Shown here: positions 28,984-40,144 of the stretch, piece after piece
How positions within the stretch are numbered: position 1 is the first letter of the stretch
Layout: every line of letters begins with the position of its first letter
From: Andalucia godoyi And28
Taxonomy: Eukaryota; Protista; Jakobida
NCBI GenBank assembly: GCA_009859145.1
Contig: VRVR01000030.1
Span: 53,097-117,096 of the forward strand
DNA length: 64,000 nt
Direction: 5' to 3'
Translations under genes and position numbers: made by a program
The notes under the pieces: model-generated
What the model was told of the DNA's origin: nothing
What the model saw: only the letters and a program-made list of their open reading frames with translations
Databases searched by the model: none

Positions 28984-29736
28984 ATGTCCTTGACTTTGAA
29001 TTCCGCAGCTGGGGCAGCCGTTACGGATGTCCGCGATCCGAACGGAAACCACGACTGGCTGTTGGTGCAGTATTCTCCGGCATCCAAGACTGAACTGTCA
29101 CTGCTGTCATCCGGCACCGGTGGAATTCCAAACTTGAAATCCGCACTCGTAGACAACTGTGTTCAGTACGGACTAATCCGTGTCACCACCGGAGATGCAC
29201 AGACTCGCCAGACCCGATTTGTCTTCGTTGTGTACTCGGGTGACAATGTCAGGCCCATGGAGCGTGCAAAGATCTCCGTGCATCAAGGTGCCGTGCGCGA
29301 GCTTCTTGGTTCCGTGGCCTCGGCAGACGTCCGTGCTTCGAACCCAGAGGAAATCGATGAGGTAGACATTGCCGAGAGACTTAAGAAAGTCAGAGGCGCC
29401 AACTACGACAATACCGTGTTTGCTGGAACGTCGCAGTCCTCTCCTGCAGCTTCTTCCCCAAAGCCTGCCCAGCCTTCCCCACAGCCAAAGTCTGAAGCCA
29501 CCCAGAAACCTGCCCCTACCCCTGCTCCTGCTCCTGCTCCTGTTCCTGCTCCTGTATCGAAACCAGCAACTGCAGAGCCGGAACCTGAGAGCAGCAATGA
29601 CATTGTTGAAAAGACGGCGCAGCTCGATGTGAATTCCGCTGATGGACAGTCCGATACTGCACCAGTCAATCACGATGCTGGTGACGATTCGGCAGCAGTT
29701 GAGCACAAGTCGGAAGACGAAACAGTGGTCGCTTGA
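28984..29736 (+). CDS. ADF-H domain actin-binding protein (coactosin/drebrin-like) with Pro/Ala-rich tail
   Basis: DWLLVQY, VQYGLIRV, RFVFVVYSGDNVRPMERAKISVHQGAVRELLG. Confidence 0.85.
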   Translation: MSLTLNSAAGAAVTDVRDPNGNHDWLLVQYSPASKTELSLLSSGTGGIPNLKSALVDNCVQYGLIRVTTGDAQTRQTRFVFVVYSGDNVRPMERAKISVHQGAVRELLGSVASADVRASNPEEIDEVDIAERLKKVRGANYDNTVFAGTSQSSPAASSPKPAQPSPQPKSEATQKPAPTPAPAPAPVPAPVSKPATAEPEPESSNDIVEKTAQLDVNSADGQSDTAPVNHDAGDDSAAVEHKSEDETVVA

Positions 29737-30380
29737 AGCAGGACAATAGAAGATCGAGGTTTTTTGGTGTGTGTATGTGTGTGTGTGTTTGTTTATGCTT
29801 GCCAATCGTGTATTTCGCCTTGCCTTGTCTTGTTTTTTAAAATTAAAATACCGAATTTTGATTGGAAAGGAAAACGAATAGACTTTTGTGTTGTTACAAT
29901 GTTTCTTTTTGGCTCGATTGTCGGCTCGCTTGGTCCTTGCCTTGCTTTTTGCATTCATCTGAAAGCATAAACAGTGCGCCATCTGTCACCTTTCTTCAGG
30001 TCTGTCTGTCCGACAGTTTCATTTGGATATATACGATATTTGTTTCCGATTGATGTCCACTGACGTTTACAAAAAAGGAGACTCAATCATCCGACATCGA
30101 CATCGACATCGTCCCGATCCGTCAACGTTTCAATACTGCATATGTAAATAACGTGTGTTTCATTGTTGTTATTGCTTTTATTTTCATCATGCACATGCTT
30201 TTTGATTCGTCTTCATCTTTTCTTTTTCTTTCTTTTTTGTGTTTATCAGTTTATTTATCATTTTGCTCCACGAGCAAAGTCCTCCTCCCCCTTCTTTTGC
30301 TGCGAAACCGTTTTCTTTCCTTTCCTCCTCCTCCTCCTCCTCCTTCTTCTTCTTCTTCCTCTTCTTATCGTTGGTGAGGG

Positions 30381-33300
30381 ATGGCTTCTGTGCAGCCGAT
30401 GAACAACAGCACGACGTCGAGGCCGACTTCTGCTTCGTCCGCCTCGGCCAATCCTAGTCATCAGTCTAAAGCACCGTCCGCTTGGGAACCGGGCCATACT
30501 CCGCGAACTGCAGACTCAGACCGCCCGCCGCTTTCCAGACGCGATACTATCAACTTGTCGACCGTCTCATTTGCTGCAGCCAGCGAATTATCAGGAACTC
30601 CTGTGACACATGGACAAAGTCGGTCTGCGGACGGTTCGAAAGCAAGTGCGCAAGCCGTGCCCACGCAGCAATCTGCTTCTGTAGCTTCTACCCCGCGTTC
30701 TGGGTTCGCCAATGGGAATTCGAAAAGCGGTGCAGGCAGCGTGAGCAACGGAACAGCAAGTGCTCAATGTTCGTCGAATTTATCTACGTCCAGAAACAAT
30801 GGCAGTACCGTTGGATCTACAAAATCAGCGATGAGCAACGGTAGCGATACAGACGGTAACAGCATCAGCAGCGCCAACACCAATCGCAACATCAATAACA
30901 ACAACAATAATAATAATAGTAGTATTGGTGGTGGTAGTGGTATTAGTAATGGCAATGTCAGTAGTGCTGTCGGAGCCGGAGTTGCGGGAGCCGCAAAGGG
31001 AAATGAAGAAGAATATATTCCGGTCCGCGTTGCAAAGGCTCGTCTGCAGCAAATACTTGGCGAAATGGAGCGTATGCGGCAGGACCACATGGCGGCTGTT
31101 GCCGAGATTGATGCGCACTACAAGTCTTTGGAGGAAGAGTCGCAAAAGGTGTTTGTGGAATTTGTGACCCATCTGAAAGAGTCGTTTCGCGCCAAATTGG
31201 AGAAGAGATCCATTCAAGTTCGAGAATTGGAGGAGCGCGTCATGTCCTTGGAATCGCAAAAGACGGAGACGATGACCCGATTATCTGGTGCTTTGGATGA
31301 TGCCGCAACCTGGAGAACAGTAGCACGAGAATCCGATGAAGAAACGGAAGGAATGATGACAGTGTTTCGAGCTCGGCTAGTGCTGTTCATGCAAGAGAAA
31401 CAGCGGTTAGAGGCTGCTCGAGAGGCTGAATTGTCGCTTGTCCGACAGCATGCATCCAGCATTACTGAGGACGACCTGATCAAGCTCCGCGACCTCAAGA
31501 GTCAGTTGTGGACGATCGAGCGGAAATTGGCAGACGCACTGGATGAACGCAAGGATGTCAAGAAGCGGATTCTTCTGTGGACTACAGAATTTGAGCAAAA
31601 GAACGGAAGAAAGCCGGAAAAGGAAGACAAAAGAGCCATCAAAGACGAGTATGTGCGATACAAGGTGCTGAGCGACAAGTGTGAATCGCTGCAGAAGGAT
31701 ATGCACAACAAGAAAAAGGATATCGCTGCGTTTGAAGAACAGCACGCGAACGCAGGAAAGGCGAAAGCACAGGAGAGACAGAATGATCTTGAGCGTTTGG
31801 CGCTGCTTGAGCAAGAAAAGCTTGTTCTCCAATCGGAAATCGGTTCCCTGCGATCGCAGAAGGACGAAGTACAGTCAAGACTGGACGCCGCGACTGCTGA
31901 AAAGGCAGACATGCAAATCAAACTCGACGATTTGCAAGGAAAGATCATCCAGCTCGTGGTGGACATGGAGAACCAGCAGTCCCAACTCTTGTTGGCTGCC
32001 CAAAAGACGCATGCCCAGCAGCAGCCCCTGACAGTTGCATCAGCCGGTGATGACGAGGAGATTGGAATTCAAGAGGAATCTGTTACTGTTGAAAAATCGA
32101 CGCGGAGCGTGAATCGGGGAATGAGCAAGTCCAATGTGGCTGTCGCAAATCCTTCGGAGTCCAGAGACGGCGACGCTGAGGAGCAAGTCGCTCCTGCTAC
32201 TGCCGCTGTTGCAACAGCAGGAAGTTCCGTGGTTGCGCAGATGATGACAGATGTGCAGGAGCAGAACAAGGCTTTGAGGGAACAGAATGAAAAAATGAAG
32301 AACGATCTCTTGCAGTCGCAGCATAACTCTGGTTCTTTGGAGCAGCAGTTAAAATCTTTGCAGACAGACGTCGACTCGTTGCGACAGCAAAAAGCAACTG
32401 CAGAAACCGATTGGGCCTCCAGGGTGTCGGATGCGACCGCAGAACGAGATACGCTGCGTGAAGAGGTTCGAAAATTGCAGATTTCTCTTGTGAAGGAACG
32501 CAGTAAGGCGACTCGCGCTGCACAGGAAGCCAAGCCTTCCGAGGATTCAAATGAATCGTCTGTCTCAGGAAGCTTGGATACAGCTGATTCTGCTTCTGCT
32601 TCTGCTTCTGCATCTGCACCGACCTCCAGTGTTGAGGAGTCTTCGGGCACGCCGTTGGAAGCCAGCAAAAATGCCACCGCGACTTCTGAGGAGGATCCCG
32701 TAGAAAAAATGTTGCAGGAACTGCAGGGCGATCAGCAGAGACTTCGTGACGAGAGCCAGTCGCTATCTGACAAGTTATGTGCAGCTGCAAAATCGATTGC
32801 AGAGAAGGAGGCGGCGATTGCAGCTCTGCAGCTGTCCGAGTCGCAATTGCTGACGGAGAAAACAACTCTGGGAGGGAAAATCGCGGAAATGGACATCGTT
32901 GTTGCTGCAAGGACTTTGGACGCACAGAAGGCGATTGGTGACTTTACGCATGCGAAGGAGCAGTACAAGTCGGATATGACTGAGGCAAAGAAGAAGCTGA
33001 AGAAGTATCATGAGGAAATTGTGAAGCTTCGAGAACAGCTTGCTGCAGCAAAAGCTGAGCAAGCCGCTGCGGTTTCGGCTGCTGCATCGGCTGCTAGCCG
33101 ATCTGAGGATGCACCAACACCTACACCAGCACCAGGAACAGCAGCAGCAGCACCAGAGCCTTCTGCTGCTGCTGCTGCTCCTCCAGCCCCTGTTTCGACA
33201 GTTTCTTCGCCACCAGCACCTGCTCCGGAGCCCGTAATTGTGTACCAGGATCGCATCGTGGAAAAACCTGTCACGGTTTACCAAGATCGCGTTGTCGAAA

Positions 33301-35756
33301 AGGTTGTTGAGAAAGAAGTTATTGTTGAAAAGGAGCGAGTGGTGGAAAAGGTGGTCGAGAGGATTGTCGAAAACGTAGTGGAAAAGGAGAAGCTCGTGGT
33401 TGTGTACAAGGATGCTTCGGAGGCCCCTGTTGACGGTAGCGGTGCGAACAGCATGCAGTACGCGATCACTGCCCTGGAGGATCAAGTCGCCATGCTGGAA
33501 GCGAATAACAATCAGCTTCGAGAAGATCGAAACAAGATGCAGGGAGAGCTGGATCTCGCAAAGATGGTTGCGGAGGAATTCAAGGCTGAGCTCAATAACA
33601 CCAAGGAGGAAAGTCGAGATGCCAAGAGAGACGTTGCGGATGCAAAGACAAAGGTGTCAGAAGCCAAATCCAAAGCCGAGGAATATCGGATGCAGCTTGA
33701 AACAACGAAAGTGGAGCTCGAGAATGTGAATGCCATGCTGGAGTCCACACAATCTGGACTTCAGGCTGCTCAAAGAGAAATCGATCTGGCAGTCGCACGG
33801 CTGGAAGAGTCTCGACAGGAAACGGCGGACGTTCGTCGAGACTTGGCAGAATCTCGATCTCAGGTGTTGTCTCTCAAGAACGAATTGGCATCGCGCCCTG
33901 TGCAGTACGTAGCGTCGTCGTCTGCAACAGAAGCTGATCAGGCTGAAGAGCAAGGGGAGGACGTCGAGGACGAAGATGCTGCCGACCGTGGGCAGCAGGA
34001 GGAGGATGAGGAGGATGCACAAAAATCCGATGCCAAAGTGACAGCTGGATCCTCAACAGCTCCAAAAGGAAAGCCCGGGGCAGGAACCGCCCCCGCCTCT
34101 GCGGGCAAAGCAGGTTCTGCAGCGGAAGACAAGTCGGCAGGTGCAGAGCGCATTAAGAAGCTCCAGGAGGAAAACACCAAACTGTCGAAGAAAGTCAAGC
34201 AGCTTGAGCTCGACCTCAGAAAGGCCAAGGCAGGCAGTGGTGCGGGAGCGGGATCTGCTGCAGATGTCAAGCAACTTGAAACTCAACTCAAGACACAAGA
34301 GCAGAATTTCAAACGAGAGCTGGCAGAGACCACGAAGAAGTACGAGGGCGAAGCAAAAGCTGCTACCGAGAAGGCGACTCGGTATGAGACAGAATACCAG
34401 AAACAAAAGAAGATGATCGAGAAACTTGAGACGGATTTGGCAACGCTGCAAAAGGAATACGACAAGTTGAACAAGACTGCGGGAGGCGCTAGTCGAGAAC
34501 TCGCAGCCTTGCAGAAGGCGCTGGAAGATGAGCAGAAGAAGGCAGCCGAAGCGACGGTGCTGGCTGATCAGGTTGTGGGATTGAAGAAGGAGAAGGCGCT
34601 TCTCGAGGCGGCTCTCAAGGACGAACAGGTCTTGCGAAAGAAGCTCCACAATGAAATTGAGGACATGAAAGGAAAAATTCGTGTTTATTGTCGCGTGCGA
34701 CCTCTGTCGAAGACCGAGGTGGAACGCGGGGACACTCCCGCAGTTGCCTATCCAGATGAATTCACCATCAAAGTGGTACCCAAGAATCGTGAATTCATCT
34801 ATGATCGAGTGTTTCCTCCCGACTGCTCGCAGTCAGAAGTGTTTGAGGATACGCAGCACCTGATTCAGTCGGCTGTGGACGGGTTCAACGTTTGCGTGTT
34901 TGCGTACGGTCAAACAGGTTCTGGGAAGACGTTTACCATTGCCGGAGACCAGAAGAATCCCGGTATTGTGCCTCGTGCGATGTCGACGTTGTATGCAAAA
35001 TTGAACGAGCTGGAGAGCAAGGGACTGGCAACGTATACAGTGTCTTGCTACATGCTGGAATTGTACAACGACAATTTGTTTGACTTGTTTTTGGAGAAGA
35101 AGCAGCGTGTTGATCCTCCGAAGCTGGACATCAAGAAGGACACAAAGGGGCTGGTGGTGGTTGCTGGTTCTACGATCCGCGACGCCCCTACTTACGAAAT
35201 CCTCGAGAAATTGTACTATGACGGTACGTCAACGCGCCACACACGTGCCACGGACATGAATGCTACTTCTTCCCGCTCCCATTTGGTGTTCTCGATTCTG
35301 ATTGAGGTGACAAACAAGGAAACAAAGGCCGTTTCAAAAGGCAAATTGTCATTGGTGGATCTTGCGGGTTCGGAGCGTTTGTCGAAGACCAACATTACAG
35401 ATCCCCAAGGAGTTCTGGAGGCAAAGAGCATCAACAAGTCGCTGACTGCTCTCGGCGATGTCATTTCGGCGCTGTCGACCGGAGAAGCCTTCATTCCGTA
35501 TCGAAACAACAAGCTGACCATGCTGATGTCGGATTCGCTCGGAGGAAACGCGAAGACACTGATGTTTGTGAACCTTTCTCCTGCCGATTACAACACGGAT
35601 GAGACTCTGACATCCTTGCAGTATGCCGCGCGTGTCAAGCTGATCACCAACGATGCGAGCAAGAACAACGAAAGCAAGGAAATCGCTAGGTTGCAAGAGA
35701 TTATCAAGAAGCTCAAGTCCGGTGAGAGGGTTGAAGATGCGGCCGAGATTGCATAA
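30381..35756 (+). CDS. Kinesin-14 family motor (C-terminal motor, KCBP-like motor domain) with very long coiled-coil
   Basis: KGKIRVYCRVRP, AYGQTGSGKT (P-loop), NATSSRSH, LVDLAGSER, DSLGGNAKTLMFVN at the C-terminus; about 1400 aa of coiled-coil/low complexity upstream. Confidence 0.95.
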   Translation: MASVQPMNNSTTSRPTSASSASANPSHQSKAPSAWEPGHTPRTADSDRPPLSRRDTINLSTVSFAAASELSGTPVTHGQSRSADGSKASAQAVPTQQSASVASTPRSGFANGNSKSGAGSVSNGTASAQCSSNLSTSRNNGSTVGSTKSAMSNGSDTDGNSISSANTNRNINNNNNNNNSSIGGGSGISNGNVSSAVGAGVAGAAKGNEEEYIPVRVAKARLQQILGEMERMRQDHMAAVAEIDAHYKSLEEESQKVFVEFVTHLKESFRAKLEKRSIQVRELEERVMSLESQKTETMTRLSGALDDAATWRTVARESDEETEGMMTVFRARLVLFMQEKQRLEAAREAELSLVRQHASSITEDDLIKLRDLKSQLWTIERKLADALDERKDVKKRILLWTTEFEQKNGRKPEKEDKRAIKDEYVRYKVLSDKCESLQKDMHNKKKDIAAFEEQHANAGKAKAQERQNDLERLALLEQEKLVLQSEIGSLRSQKDEVQSRLDAATAEKADMQIKLDDLQGKIIQLVVDMENQQSQLLLAAQKTHAQQQPLTVASAGDDEEIGIQEESVTVEKSTRSVNRGMSKSNVAVANPSESRDGDAEEQVAPATAAVATAGSSVVAQMMTDVQEQNKALREQNEKMKNDLLQSQHNSGSLEQQLKSLQTDVDSLRQQKATAETDWASRVSDATAERDTLREEVRKLQISLVKERSKATRAAQEAKPSEDSNESSVSGSLDTADSASASASASAPTSSVEESSGTPLEASKNATATSEEDPVEKMLQELQGDQQRLRDESQSLSDKLCAAAKSIAEKEAAIAALQLSESQLLTEKTTLGGKIAEMDIVVAARTLDAQKAIGDFTHAKEQYKSDMTEAKKKLKKYHEEIVKLREQLAAAKAEQAAAVSAAASAASRSEDAPTPTPAPGTAAAAPEPSAAAAAPPAPVSTVSSPPAPAPEPVIVYQDRIVEKPVTVYQDRVVEKVVEKEVIVEKERVVEKVVERIVENVVEKEKLVVVYKDASEAPVDGSGANSMQYAITALEDQVAMLEANNNQLREDRNKMQGELDLAKMVAEEFKAELNNTKEESRDAKRDVADAKTKVSEAKSKAEEYRMQLETTKVELENVNAMLESTQSGLQAAQREIDLAVARLEESRQETADVRRDLAESRSQVLSLKNELASRPVQYVASSSATEADQAEEQGEDVEDEDAADRGQQEEDEEDAQKSDAKVTAGSSTAPKGKPGAGTAPASAGKAGSAAEDKSAGAERIKKLQEENTKLSKKVKQLELDLRKAKAGSGAGAGSAADVKQLETQLKTQEQNFKRELAETTKKYEGEAKAATEKATRYETEYQKQKKMIEKLETDLATLQKEYDKLNKTAGGASRELAALQKALEDEQKKAAEATVLADQVVGLKKEKALLEAALKDEQVLRKKLHNEIEDMKGKIRVYCRVRPLSKTEVERGDTPAVAYPDEFTIKVVPKNREFIYDRVFPPDCSQSEVFEDTQHLIQSAVDGFNVCVFAYGQTGSGKTFTIAGDQKNPGIVPRAMSTLYAKLNELESKGLATYTVSCYMLELYNDNLFDLFLEKKQRVDPPKLDIKKDTKGLVVVAGSTIRDAPTYEILEKLYYDGTSTRHTRATDMNATSSRSHLVFSILIEVTNKETKAVSKGKLSLVDLAGSERLSKTNITDPQGVLEAKSINKSLTALGDVISALSTGEAFIPYRNNKLTMLMSDSLGGNAKTLMFVNLSPADYNTDETLTSLQYAARVKLITNDASKNNESKEIARLQEIIKKLKSGERVEDAAEIA

Positions 35757-35987
35757 ACGCAGAGTGGCAAGTAATGCGGAACAGCAGCTGAGGAGAGCTT
35801 GCTCAAACTCAGTATGGAAGGATGCCTAGCGGCGGCACCTGAGACCCTTTCTCCTTTTTTTCTTTTTTTAATTAATTATTTTATTTTAATTACCCTTTTT
35901 CCTGTCACCATACGACGTTCGATAATCAAAAAAAAACAGTTTGCTCGTGTACATATCACATGTTTGTCCATATATAATGAAATAGCG

Positions 35988-38420
35988 TTACAAATCCTTT
36001 AGCAGTGCAGGAAGACCGTCCGCCCCACTCCAGGGTTCATTTTGAATCTGCTCGACACACTCCTTTGTCATTCTCTTGATCGTCTTCATGAGAATCGTCT
36101 TCACAGCGTCCACTGTCACCTCTGCGGGATCCGTTGCATCCAGTGCTTCAGAAGCTTCATGGAACAAGCTGGACATTTGGTTTTTCAGCGTGGCAACACT
36201 AGACGTCCTAACCTGCTCACCTAGTGCTGATACGAACGCAGCGACTTTGGCTTGAATGGCCGAGACGTCCACAGCAGCAGGAGTTGAGGCTGGCGCCGTG
36301 GATGCCCTCTCGGCAAGCCGCTTGTAATGCGCAACCTGTCGCTCCATGTCCTCCTTGACAATCTCCAATTCGCGAACGCGATGCTCGGCTTCGCTCTTCT
36401 CTCTTTGCAGCGTCACGTTCCTGTCTCTGAGTTCGTCCAACTTTGACAAATCCGAGGCATACTTGTCCTGCATTCCAGTCGTGCGTTTGCGGAGATCTGC
36501 ATTTTCCTGCGCCATTGCAGACACAGATCGGACCATTACATCAGACTCCAGCGGCTCCGGCGAAAGAAGTGCATCGAGACGGGACAACAGCTTTTCAAGC
36601 TTCTTTTCGGTGTCGGACGACAGGGGTCCCCCTGCAGACATGCCAGGGAGAGAATGAGGCTGGTGAGGTGCCATTCCATAAAACCCGTACGGCTGCTGCA
36701 TCTGAGGTGTAACTGGACCGAATGCATGACCTTGCATGTGTACCGCATGCTGCTGCTGCGGTGCATGGTACCCAACAGACGCTGGATTTGTCATGTATGG
36801 CATCGAATCCATTGGCGAGCCGTTTGGATGCATTGGTTGCATCGGGGGAGTTCCCACGTGCGAGTGCTGTACATGTTGCGGGTACTGCTGCTGCTGCTGC
36901 TGCTGCTGCTGTGGTTGGGGTTGATATGGCTGCTGCTGCTGTACGGGTACTTGTACAGCAGAAATCTGCTGTGGGGGCTGATGCGCGACTTGTTGCGGAA
37001 TGTGTTGTTGTTGTTGCGGTTGTTGTTGTTGTTGCGGTTGTTGTTGCGGTTGCGGTTGTTGTTGTTGTTGTTGTTGTTGTTGCGGTTGCGGTTGCGGTTG
37101 CGGTTGCGGCTGAACATGGTGTTGCACCTGTGATTGGGCTGGAGAAGCAAACAACGTGGCCTGGCCTAATCGAGCCATGCGCTCCAGGACTGTCTTCTTC
37201 TCTTGCATTGGATCGTGCTCTGCAGTCTGCGTCGTGCTCTGAACTGGTGCTAGTGTCGAAACACTCGATTCATCCTTTCCATCATCTCCGCCTTTGCCTG
37301 CACGAACCTTCTGCACCGAAATTTCAAACAATAAATCCGCATCTCCGTAGGCCTGATGTTTCGGAACACACAAAATTCGATGCGTCCCTTTCTGCACACC
37401 CATCAACCCAATGTCCCAGCCTTGAATCACCTCTCGCACCCCAACCTTGCACTTGAACAATTGATTATTTGCTGGGACGATCACAAAAAAGAAAAGGGAA
37501 TGGGAAAAACAAGAGGAAGAAGAGAAGGCAACAGAAAATTAGAACAGTATTACAACCCCGCACGAGATGCACGCGTATGTGGGGGTGATGCAGGAGGAGG
37601 ATGAGAGAAAGAAGGGGAACGAGGGGAAAAGAAACGACGTACCATTCGGAGCAGAACTCCAATTCGAATCAAATGTTTGGCCCACATTGATGATTTCGTT
37701 CATCCAAAGCACGTATCCCGAGTACAGGACAGCAACCTGGTCTCCTTTCTGGCTGATGGCGTACCCTGCATTGGCACCAGACACTTGAACATCATAGACT
37801 GCAGTAGCGGACTTATCGGTGAGCGCAAACCGAGCAGCACAGATGGATCTCAGGCACGATCGGAGGTCATCCGGTTTTGAAAACGCAACGGACCATCCCT
37901 GTTGCTTGTCATCATACAAAAACGCATGCGTTTCCGACGTCGGTGTCAGTGGGTTTCGGTCGTGAAGAATCGACGACACCAGTATGTACTGGTTTTGTTC
38001 TCTGTACACCAGAATCTTGTACGAAAGCTTCGGATTTGTACTTCCAATGAGCACAAACGCCACGTTCCCTACCGGCTGGTTCTCCCCTGTCTCCGCAACA
38101 TACCGATAGAGCGCAATGGGTGCAAAGAACAAAACCGGCTTCGATTGCGAGGTGCCAAATTTCGCTGCGTTCGGGTTCTGGCTAGGATTCTGGTTCGATG
38201 CCGACGCATCTTTCACCCCGGCTTGTGCACTCGGGACAGGCGAAGAAGAAGACTTGGCCGTGGAGGGCTGCTGGGCAGGCATCTTTGGTGCCGAATACTG
38301 GAAAGAGACATTGGATCCAGACGACTCATCGTCATCGAAGAGCGCGTTTAAACGAGACAATGCCCGCGGATCAACGGCGCGCGAAGACTCTTCTTCTTGG
38401 CCAGGAAGAGCAAACGACAT
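35988..38420 (-). CDS. FKBP15: FKBP15/WAFL-like protein (N-terminal domain + FKBP domain + poly-Q + coiled coil); exons 38420-37643 and 37471-35988
   Basis: N-terminal LSRLNALF...SFQYSAPK; FKBP domain KGDQVAVLYSG...GQTFDSN / KVGVREVIQGWDIGLMG...RILCVP..AYG split by a phase-1 intron 37642-37472 (GTACGT...CAG) that restores the frame (778+1484 nt). Orthology to FKBP15 is by recognition only. Confidence 0.75.
36881..37110 (-). repeat. CAG/CAA/CCG trinucleotide tract encoding poly-Q/QP in the FKBP15-like protein
   Basis: (CTG)n, (TTG)n and (TTGCGG)n arrays on the + strand. Confidence 0.9.
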
Positions 38421-39043
38421 TCCACACAAGCCAGGCTACTCTCCTTGAAACACTCGCGGAGACCCAATAATCAACAACAGAAAAAATAATCAAACGGACT
38501 AATAAAGGAAAACGAAACAAAAACCTAAAGCGTTGTCGCAAAACCAAAGAAAAGGCCAGGGTGCACGAAACGGGGCCTTGGGCAGAGAGAGAGAGGCGGG
38601 GAGGGCCTTTTACAGCCGTCGAGTTGAAAAAATCCAAAAGTCTTTTTCCATTGTCGAGACGACCCCTGTAACCCTGGGCAGAAAACAAATCTGACGCTGT
38701 AGCAGCTTTCCCCCGAGAGAGAGTCTCAACTCGCCACTCTCAACCCTTTTCCTCCCATTTGTTGTTTGATCTGTCTAAGGCTATGAGGGGATTTTTGATA
38801 ATTCACCACCACCATCACTCATTCTTGTTTTCCTATTAATTAATTATTTTCTTTTCGGATTCCCAATACTACCATCATTATAATACATTATTTTGGATTA
38901 TCTTATATCTTATTATTATTTTATATTTTTATTGTTATTATTATTTTCAGTTCCAGTTCCAGTTTCAGTTTCAGTTTCAGTTTTTGTTTTTGTTGTTACT
39001 GTTGCTGTTGTTACAGGTATCTGAATACTCTGAGAAAGGAAAA

Positions 39044-39545
39044 ATGTCTCTTCAGGAATCTCTTTCGGCGCTTACTGATCTTTCGCGAGCTGCGATCTTC
39101 AATGCAAAAGGCGAGATTTTAGCTTCGACATTCTCGATCACTGACGCAGAGATCAAGGCGCTCTCGGTTCTTTTCAACAGCTATGACGATGCATACCGCA
39201 ACGGTGCCCTGATTGGAGGAACCCAGTTTGAGATCTTCAAGTACTTCCCCGAACAAACCCCTGCGCTGCTGTATGGTCGCACAGAAGAAGAGGAAAAGGA
39301 GGGCGGCGAAGGATTTTGCTTGCTCAAGGTATGTCATGTTCTGGTCAGTGTCTTTTGTGCTTCTTTTCTGTTTATGTTCGAGTTTTTTTGATATTTTATT
39401 TTACTCACTGTTCTGAAAAACCATATAGACGAAGAGTGGAAATGGAGACGAGGTCTTTTTTGTGTCGACGTACTGCATTCCGATCTTATCGGCAAAGGCT
39501 GTTCCACAGATGATCACCTTTGCAGCAAAGTTCTTGTCCAAATAA
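39044..39545 (+). CDS. Profilin-like small protein (133 aa); exons 39044-39328 and 39429-39545
   Basis: MSLQESLSALTDLSRAAIFNAKGEILAS...GALIGGTQFEI...LLYGR; phase-0 intron GTATGT...TAG with branch-like TACTCAC; second exon VSTYCIPILSAKAVPQMITFAAKFLSK ends at TAA. Confidence 0.7.
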
Positions 39546-40064
39546 ATCAAACCCCTATCGCACTGCACGCACAAGCAAGCCACATCTTGTTTTTTCTGTT
39601 CCAACTTGCTATCCTTGTCCGCTCGTCTTTTCTTTCATTCACGCCAGTCCATTGTCCTTCCGATGTCCCCCGTCATGCCCGGTACGTCTGGATCGATGTT
39701 GAAATGATGCGCGCAGTATGCATTTTTGAAGAATGCTTCGGCGCACTGGGGGCCTGCCACCTCCTTTCTGAATGGGATTCGCATTCGGTTCCGATGCAAG
39801 ACTGAATACGGACGGTCAGCAAATGATTCGCCGTGCTTCGTGTAAAAAGTAGACGTTGCGTGTACGATATCTGTCTGTTGGGTTCCTTCGTAACTTTTTT
39901 TTTTTAAATAACGAAATTCAAAACAAAACAAAAAGGTCCTCCGTTGTTCCAGTGTTGCGATGTTGCACTGCGCAAATCAAATGAGCGACGAACACGAAGA
40001 GCAATTCGGAAGGACGCGAGAAACGAATGTTGTGAAAAAGGAAAACATGTCAACAGACATATAC

Positions 40065-40106
<42 letters not shown>

Positions 40107-40144
40107 CCGTAGAGTACAGTACAATGGAGGCATTCTTTTCTTGT

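Noticed and set aside
38595-38625. U5 snRNA loop-I motif GCCTTTTAC (38605-38613)
   Set aside because: The flanks do not form the canonical stem closing an 11-nt loop and there is no downstream Sm site; it lies in a promoter-like region between divergent genes.
39635-39931. 98-aa minus-strand ORF with CAHHF (THAP-like?)
   Set aside because: Lacks the other THAP residues and a credible start; it could be an unrecognised terminal exon, but this cannot be supported.
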